Part shown: one piece after another, positions 55,101 to 64,000 of the stretch
How the letters are laid out: each line of letters begins with the position of its first letter
Numbering within the stretch: position 1 is the stretch's first letter
Origin: Yuukianura sp. NJ FZ-2021
Taxonomy: Eukaryota
Assembly (NCBI GenBank): GCA_046563655.1
Contig: CM102283.1
Coordinates: 8,804,001-8,868,000, forward strand
Direction: 5' to 3'
Length of the DNA: 64,000 nt
Program-made: the position numbers and the translations under genes
The notes under the pieces: model-generated
The model's input: only the letters and a program-made list of their open reading frames with translations
Databases searched by the model: none
What the model was told of the DNA's origin: nothing

Positions 55101-58100
55101 TGCAATTTGCAAAAAATCAACATTTAGTATTTGCAGATTTCGATTCTTTTTCTCGAAAATGAAAATTACGCAAGGATTAAGATAGTTTCGCCTTACAAAG
55201 ACGCAAGAAGAAGAATCTATCTTCCAAATCTGCCACTCACGACCTTGCCATTGTTATTCTGAGCTCATCTTTCACAAATAACAATACCCACACACCCTTA
55301 TTACAAATTCACATAATATACCACCTCTCAAAATCAAAAGTTGCACGTAACGCCCTCAATCCACGTCTCTAACACCACAAAATCTCCAATTCAGCTTTAA
55401 AATCCTTTTGGCAACTGATGATCCACTAGGCAAAGTGCTATAAAGTTGATAGGCGTAGCTCAAATTACTAAAAGTCATTCCAATAAATTCACAATTGGCA
55501 TTGGACATTCAATTCTGACACAAATTGACTTTCAAAATATCTCTATTTGTCACCCATCCTCCTCCCAAGTGCCTCATTATCACTTAATCTCAAAATCCAT
55601 ACATTACTAAACACTCATTTCCAATTGCATTCTAAACAATGAGTCATACACATTTAGTATCACCCAATCACAAACGTTTAAAACCCACCAATCACAAACA
55701 TTTAAAAAAATCAAGGTCGAAAATCTCCAAAACGTGGTCCAGTTGCTACAAAACTCCTCCGAACTTTCTGCCCACACAACAAAAAAGAAACAATTCTTTT
55801 GTGTACTATTTAAATTTTACTATTCACTTACAACAAAAACAATAGAAAATAAAAAATGTCCAATTCCTTATAAAGCAAGAAACGAAAAACTCCCACTTTT
55901 TTAAAAAACTTTCCCGCTGAATCAACCACTCAAACTCCTCCCTAGCGCTTCCAGCGTAGGCATTTAATGACTTTCCAAGTCAATTACGGTGTAGAACCCA
56001 GCCACACCGAAATCCATCATTATCTTCATGGATTTTCTAGATCATCACTTCCATCTAACACAAACTAAAGGTCGCCCTCATTTGAAATCCACCGCCTAAT
56101 GGTCTAAATGGTCGTCTAATGGCATCCTTGCCTTTCTAATCCATTTTTATCCACGTTCCAAATGGATCCAATACGAAAAACACTCACAATCTTCAAGACA
56201 AAACTTTTACACTTTTACATCAAGAAAACATCAAAAAGTCACCGAAAGTGAGTTGTAAACGACTCTATTTAAATTTCGACCTTGAACCTCAACATGCATC
56301 CCATCCATTCCACTCTCCCTTGTTCTAAAAAGTAATTTTGTAAAACATAATTTTGAATTAACGGTGTAATAAATATTCCGAGGTCGTTAGCCTTTCAGAG
56401 TTTTCCAGCTCCCCTGATCTCATCTCGACATTTTCACGACCTCCATGCTCTCCGTCTCTTTAATCACGATCACATAAATCCTCCCTAGTTACAAAACGTT
56501 CACTTCGTCAATGACTAAAGGCGTGTCACCCGTACAATCTGATCCAAAATTCACACGATCCACAACACACTAAAAACTCGAAACTGATGTTCAATGTAAA
56601 TTTTTTTTTGAAAATGTGAGAAACTCTTTCTCCGTTGATTCAATTTCAAAACTTCATCTCTACGCAGATCATGTTTCAAAAAATTCAAATTTTGGAACTC
56701 AAAATTAAATTTCAATGCTACAAATTGGCTTTGTCACCCCAAAAATTTTTGCGTCTTCCGAAAAAAAAGCAGTTTGCCCGCCTAACTTCAAAATTCAAAG
56801 TCTGCTGATCTTGAGACCATATAATTACAGTAGGTGTGTTTTCTTGCATTTTGTTTGTTACATCGAAACGTGATACCTGCCAATTGAGGCTACTCTTCCA
56901 AGTGGATCTGCCTGTAATTCTCAACATCACAATTCAACATCCTTTCTTGTATAACAATTCATCATAAAACAAAATTATCCCATTGTCTTACTTGTGGTCT
57001 TTTTTATGTAGCACTCTTACATGCTCCATCATGCGGTTACACGCAAATGGTAATCGTCATGCGCAACTCCAAAACCAGACCATCTACGCACCATTTACAG
57101 ATTTCCTGCTCTTCACTCCACAACAATTGCCACTTTCCAACAATGGTTGAGTTCAAAATTGCCTCGGGCTACTTTCAACAAAAATCCACTTTTGCGCCAT
57201 CTCTCTTTCTTCATTCAAATTTAAAATTCGCACAATCCCAATTCCCTTTGTGCAGAATTAAAAAAGAGTGCACTGTGCTCTAAATCAGCAAAAACTGTCA
57301 CTTCAAATGAAAATAAATTTTCATTCTAAAATGAAAATAAATTAAATTTGCATCCAGGCACACATTTTGCACTAAGTTTCAATTTACTAGTAAAAACAGA
57401 TACAGAGTTCACTTTAAGCCAGAAAAGTTATCATCAACTTCCACCCTACTAAATTATGAACCTCAAAATTTAGATACAACCGGAAATTAAAACTAAATTC
57501 CACAAACGACATGTTCAAACAGAGAGTTATAGTTCAGGAGACACCATTAATCATGTGACACACGAATAACTTTTAGGTTTTATTCCAAAAACAGCATGTT
57601 CAACATCCATCTTCTCCCAAAAATTTCAAAATTTCTCAACAGTCGACCCATTACCCCGCTTTACTCCAAAATTTATGTAAATCTCAAAAAAAATTGAACC
57701 TGTTCAAAACTAGAAAATTAGACTCCACATCCCTCCCATTCAACCAAGCCACTCAAGATTGCAAATTTTAAAAATCTCGTTTTGTAAAATATTCATTGCA
57801 TTTTTGAATTTGAAGTTTAATCACATTTTTAATTCCCACAACCCCCCTTATGCAACCTCCCCAAAACATTAATAATTTCGAAATCGTAAATAAAAACTTG
57901 CAGAAACAACTTTAAAAACAAGTTGTGTCAATACAATCAGCCAACAAATATCATTGACCCAATGATCCACCATCATCCATCTCCTTCCTATTAAAATTCA
58001 TGGCATAAAACATTCTCCAAATTGCAGAAAATCTCTGCAAAAACTTAATCTTCCTTGACACTAACAACTTCCATGTGTGTTTGTGCCAAATTTCAAAAAT

Positions 58101-61100
58101 GAATTTCACATTTTTCACATTTAAGAGAAATGTGTCGTCTAGCAGGCCCTTTGACCTCCTCCTTTTTATTTCAAACAAAGCTGTCAATTAAACACAAGGC
58201 AAAAGGCGGTTTCTCCTGTCACTGTCACACTGAAAAACAAGCACAGAAGGACATTTTCATCAACCAAAAACATAACAAACCTAACGTAAACTTAACAAAC
58301 CTAATTTTTGCGAGTGCCAAATGCTTGCCAGCAGAACATCAAACAAATTGTCTAATTTTTTATTCTCTGAGATCTGCTACACTTCGGAACAGGCGTCTGC
58401 CAAGGCCCTAATTGAGTTACACAGCAAAAGCTAACCAGGCCAAAACAAATGAAAGAAAAAAGTCGCTTTCAAAAAAAAAGTACAAGAAAAAAGAACTTTT
58501 CAAAAAAACTGGAGCCTAATTCAACACTTTTCAACTTTCATCTAAAACTTCTACTGCCTCCATTCCAACAACAAGAAACAAGAAAGATAAAAGCCCAATT
58601 TGTACTTTTAAAAAAAACTCCAAAAAACGTCAAAATCTAAAAAAAATTCAAATCCAATTGCCTCCTCTCGACACTTCCTTATCCGCTCTTAACCCAAAAA
58701 ATAAAAAAGTGGGGTCTGGTGAAAGCACAGAAAAAGCGGAAACTGCTTCTACGCGCTTTGTAAAAATTGGATGGTTTCCTCCCTCTCCTCACATTTGCAT
58801 TCGTAAAACCTCATTTCCTCTGCGTAAACTAACTAAGGAAACCTCCTGTGTATCCCTCCTATGCTAAGTTAGGCTAACCTAACAACAACGTCATCCACCA
58901 GATGAAATGAAGTGAAAGTTCACCGACTCCCCAACCTTTGCCACACGCTGTTTCTCTGTAGCCCATTTTCCAAATGCACTTTACTACTTTCTCCTTCGCT
59001 ACCTTCGTTTCGCATTAGGAACTTTCCCGCGCTCCTGCCTCGAGCCTACCATGAACTAGACTTGGCCTAACTTTTAGCCTAAACCTAAACCTCTCTTCAA
59101 AATTCCCGCCAAGATCAGGTCTTATTTCACACCCAAAACACTTCCAGTTTCTTCCTACTCCGCTTTCACCTTGCATCTCATCTTCTTCCAATCCCCTTTG
59201 CATAATGAGCCTCCCATAACCCAATTTACAACACATTTTATATTCAAATAAAACAAAAATACACACGCCCAGAACTCCCGCTCAAAAAATTCAAAATTTC
59301 ACTCAAAAAATTGTACAGTAGATACCTACATCTACTGTAGTACTTCATCCTCTTTCATTTTCTCCAGGTACAACTCCAGCTTAAAAACTCCTTCAAAACT
59401 AAATTTCACTTTCTCCGCTTCTTTTTCTCTCTCCGCAAAAGATAAGAACCTCTTCAGAACAAAAAGGAAACTTTGTGTTTGTTTTCTCTTGCCAAGTTGC
59501 CAAGAAACTTGTCAAGATTAGTCTGTTACGTGTCTCAAGCAACCTGCCAGGGAAAGTCAGTTCTTGAAGCGAAGCACCAATACATCATAGTCTCCCAACT
59601 TCTTCACAAGAAGATCCATCCACAAACTGCACTTCTTCAAATCCCGCGCTCTCCAGAACCCCATGTCTTCCTAAAATTCAATTCCAAATGCACTTCTGCA
59701 ACTGACTGATTCTTCCGGAAGAGAAAAGAGAAAAGCTCATAAGGGTGGTGATTCATTACTCTCTACAAATCTAAACCTAACCCAACAAAGAACACAATCA
59801 CAGCTCCTTTGTTAGCCCAGAATGCTCCCCACGTCTCCAGCAGCATCAGCAGCACACTTTCTAGTACTCGTGCAGCACACTGTGCTGCTTTCACCCCTTG
59901 AGCCACGTCCAACTCCACAAAAAAGCTCCTTCCATTATCCCATGCTGAGCAAAATCCCTCCCGGCTTTACTTTCTACGACACGCGAGTACACTAGCAGAA
60001 CAACAGAGCATGTCCAGTGCTCAAATTCTTTTTACGTCTACAACCTAACGTAACGTTTCCTCCAAAAACCGAAAAAAAACTAAAAGCCTAAGCTTATCGA
60101 ACTACAAATGTCGAATCCGTTCATTTCGAAAAACAAGAAAAGAGAAAGTTGCCACTTTTTCCCCCGAGAAAAAGACACCCAGTTTCACATTTCTTTTGCC
60201 CAAGAAACTCAATCCCCCTTCCAAAGCATTTCCCAACTGTCATCATAATTCTCACCATGTTTCCTTCCAATAATTCCAAACCTCTTCAACCCACCAAAGA
60301 ATCCACCTTAATGTCCCACCGACATGGTGGGGCCACAAACTATCCGGATCCACCACCCTAACAGAATCGGATGTGAGGAGCCAGTTGAGCATTTGAACAG
60401 AAAATTAGGAAATGGCGCAGCATGACGCTCGTTCTCAAACACAAAAAAGAAATTCAAGCCCATCGCTGGCGTCTTTTTACGTACAAAGTAAAAAAGTTTA
60501 AGTTAAAAAATTCAGTCCACGTAAAGATTTTTGAGTAGCCCAAACGGAAACAATCCTGATTTTACTTTTTTTCTTTACTAACAAGATCCTTTCCAAATCC
60601 AAACTGACTCTCTTACAACTTCAAAGGCCATCAAAGAAAAAAATCTAACAAGAATTCCAGAAAAAAGAAGAAAAAAAGCTACGAGAACTCGAAAAAACGA
60701 GGAAAATTGGTGAGCAAAACTTTCTCTCTGCGGTGTACTTGAAAAAGAAAACCGTCTGGGTTGGTTTAACTCGTTCAAAAAAAAACATTGTACACGCATT
60801 CCTCCTTTCACAACAAAACTTTAAAAATAACAACCAAAAAGAAAACTTTAAAAAAAAGTTAGTAACAAGAACCAAGCAGGGAAAGGGGGAAAAACCAAAA
60901 GAAAAAACATTCCGTCGAGGAAATGGGAAATATTTTTCTTCGAGTGTAGCAATTCTGCTCCACTGCACTTTTCAGAAAAGAAAAAAAAACGAGTAAAAAA
61001 TCTCATTCAAAATAAAACTTTCATAGTTTTCAAAATTACCAAGGCCAAAATTTCTCGACAATTCCCAGTTGCAGCCTTTCCTTAAAACAAAGATTCGTCA

Positions 61101-62723
61101 AGTTCAAGTTTCCTCTTTCCTGGAAGTGGAATTCCAAAAAAAAAAACCGGTAAAAACTAAAACCCCGCCGGAAAAGTTTTCAAAAAGCCAACTTTCTCCA
61201 ACTCCATCAAAGTTAGATATGCAAAGGTAGCAGTTTACCTCTAAAACACCATTATTGCATTCCCTTATTCCAAGTTTGTTCCAAAGTCACTTAAACTTCC
61301 CCGTGTCCTGTCCCATACAATTTTTGCTGAACCAAACAAAACTTTCCCCTCACAAAAATTCAAAAGCAAAAACTTTCCACTTTCTCCGCCCCAACTTCAC
61401 CTTGGCCACACGCAGGAAAATTCAGTCCAAGGAGAAAACTTCGACCAGCATATTTTCTCAAAATAGAAATCCAATTGACTAAACCCACCGCATGCCACCT
61501 AACAACCACCAACTTTCTCTTTCTCCTTACCACCAACACCACGAAAAACTAACATTTAGAACAACTCAATACGTCAACCGTCATAAAAGAAAACTCTCCC
61601 AGGTCGACTATTCCGAAGGCCGTAATGATCAATTCATGAAGCCAAAAGACACATGCCCAGAGTGACCAAAAGTCCAGAAAAAATTCACACTTTCTCTTTT
61701 TCCTTCAAAAATTTCCTCCGCATGCCACCTTATCCACTTTTCAAAAAACTTTCGCAATTTCCATTTCCATTTCACCATTTCCTCACCCACCTTCTAAACT
61801 ATTCCATTTTCCCGCTCTTTCACCCTAACATTTCAATCTCCCGCGTCACTTTTCCGCTTTCCTAAGCCTGCATAAAGCTCTTGCGAGGAACCTTTTCTCC
61901 TCGTACAGTCTGCTCCGGTCAAACCTTTGCCTCGTATTATCATCCTCTTAACTTTCTATACAAAAGGCAGCAGCAGCAGCAGTGAGTGCCGCTTGATATT
62001 GATTTTTGGGGGAACTGAAAGCTCCAGGAACTTTCTCTTCCTCTCTCCCTGCACTTTCTTTCATTTCTCTATTTTCCACCTTGGAAGCATCAAAATACAA
62101 GACACTGCACTTCATCCTTAGCCTCCAGAAAGCAATATACAAGCCTGATAAGGCCCAATTCCTCTCTCCTCCCGCACTTTCTCTTCCCGTCAACATCAGC
62201 CTACCAAAAAGATCTAACATGAATGAACCATCTTCTCAGAAGAAAATGAAATGAATTTTTCAGATGTCATAAGACGAACCTCACCACTTTTCACTGACTC
62301 CGAAAAAAAGTGTAATGCCTAAGATCAACAAAAAACGACAAGAAGAAAAAGAAAACATGTCAGAAGCAGAGGAGAGTAAAAGAAAGGAGGAACAACAGCA
62401 GGAGGTGAACGAAGCGGATATTACCAAAAAAAAATCTGAAAAGAGAGAAAGCACTAGTGAAAGTCGAAAGAAAAATCGGAAAACGCACCTCATCTCCCCT
62501 ACTTTTACCATTTATTCACCCTAACCTTCACACACTAGTTTCTAACGTTACAAAAGGGCACGAAAATACTTCTTTTTTGAATTTTTTGTTTCCTCCCGCC
62601 ATTTCCACTCAATAGTTGATGCCTCTCTTTATTAGCCACCTCTTCATATCCCACCAGGAACACCATCCCCTCTCAAATTTCCATCAATCACTTTCTCCCT
62701 TCTCCCAAAAATCACATTTTTCA

Positions 62724-62863
62724 CACTTTTACCAAACATAGTCCCAAAGTGCCCCAAAATTCTATCACTTTCACCAAAAACAGTCTCACATTGCCCCAAA
62801 ATTCTACCACTTTCACCAAAAATATTCTGAAACTGCCACAAAATAGTCTCACAATGCCCCAAA
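62724..62863. repeat. Degenerate 42-bp minisatellite (~3 copies)
   Basis: Units like CACTTTCACCAAAAACAGTCTCACATTGCCCCAAAATTCTAC start at 62724, 62766 and 62808. Confidence 0.8.
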
Positions 62864-64000
62864 CTCCGGTACACGGCAAGTTAAATGAAAAATTCAAATC
62901 CCTTTAGCCTTCCCGCTTTTAGTTTTGACCCCGGCGGGAAGATTAGTTGAAAATTACCAATCATGTCTCATTCATCCTACGAATTTCTCTTTCCCTCTGA
63001 TGATTTCATCTTCATCCCCTCCACAGAAATCCCCTCGATACCAAAATTTCCAAATTTCCATATTCCCATCTACTTCTCATTTTCCAAATTTGAATCTCTT
63101 CAAGTCCCTAACTACAGAGAGACAGTTGAAACGTTGCAATGCCCTTTGGCATCTTCATCCCTGCACTCTACTACACTAAAACCTAAAAAAAAGTAAAAGT
63201 GAAGTAGTAACTCAACTTTCTCTTTTATTATCCCCCAAGACCATGATCCCTTCCCCATTTCCGATTATTATATTACGCGCCCTCTTCAAAAACTTTAGTC
63301 GTTTCACCATCCACTCCATTCTCAACTTCCTGGATTACAACTTTAGTCTCCCTCCAACTTCACTTTTAGTAATTTACAACCAAAAACACAAAGTAGAGTT
63401 CCAACAAAGTGAAAAAATTTGATTTTTTTGAAATTGCCAGGACGTGTCATATTGATTGGGTCATTACGGGGTCATGCTCTGTTTGTTAGGAAACTAAAGT
63501 GACACGCACTCTAATCCAAATGCCTAACCTAACATAGATGCATTAACCAAAATGAGAGCCGTATGTTCCGGAATGTACAATGTATACAGGTGGATCATGC
63601 AATTTTGAGCAACGGCCCTCCCGAGACGCACAAAAACAGGAAAAAACCGAATAGAAAAAAACTTTCCCATTGTTTACTCCGACCGGAACAATTTTTAGAG
63701 AGAAAATGGCAGTGAGCACGGGAGAAAACGATTAAAATTGTCCATTGACGGTTACCACACACAAGGAAAAGAGGACTAACGTACAAAATACTTCCAAAAA
63801 AAGCAATTCTGCACCGAGTCATGCAATCCTGTGGAACATCATGTCTAATAATCCCAACGGTTGCATTAGTACCCCCTTTAACACACGACATTGTCCAACT
63901 TTGTCCATTTTTTACAGAAACAGAGAAAGTTCCAGACACTTTCCGGGTATTATACTGCACATAAAGCTTCCCTTTAAAAAAGTTGTACATGTTGTACTGC

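Noticed and set aside
59314-59339. 10-bp perfect inverted repeat TACAGTAGAT...ATCTACTGTA
   Set aside because: About one such hairpin is plausible by chance in 64 kb of AT-rich DNA, and there is no element body.
46270-62254. Dozens of 60-110 aa ORFs in the distal intronic region
   Set aside because: Low-complexity products of skewed composition, many with non-ATG starts and no recognisable motifs.
62281-62524. Lys/Glu-rich plus-strand ORF and a hydrophobic minus-strand ORF with a GTGAGG donor
   Set aside because: Explained by a purine-rich tract; the donor is phase 2 and I found no matching downstream exon.
63585-64000. TA-CAGGTGG start resembling a Tc1/mariner terminus, and ORF 63595-63990
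   Set aside because: No partner inverted repeat or transposase motif within the window; cannot be supported here.

Overview
This window is eukaryotic and arthropod-like: AT-rich, with short GT-AG introns and insect-type histones. A compact soil-hexapod (springtail) genome is my guess, not proven. From left to right: (1) An intronless secreted class-3 lipase whose motifs closely follow Mucorales-type fungal lipases, a horizontal-transfer candidate. (2) A small replication-dependent histone cluster with every gene on the minus strand and a 5S rRNA gene inside the unit (transcription order H2A-H2B-5S-H3-H1-H4-H2A-H2B-5S; 5S-to-5S distance 5746 bp). All seven histone genes have the same 3' stem-loop and downstream element, and their promoters share short motifs. 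(3) Nup88, head-to-head with the last H2A. (4) A 4-exon Uev1A/UBE2V gene. (5) A 5-exon, ~645-aa acidic/Ser-rich gene ending in an RBD-like stub. (6) A large minus-strand DAB2IP/SynGAP/RASAL2-family RasGAP (raskol-like) with 15 shared exons (20732-27998) and several phase-compatible upstream or alternative exons reaching 46137. Strand asymmetry suggests its transcription unit continues past the right edge. The strongest leads are the co-oriented histone-5S unit with its own cis-elements, the fungal-type lipase at its border, and the alternative N-termini of the RasGAP. All gene models were traced by hand; no searches were run.
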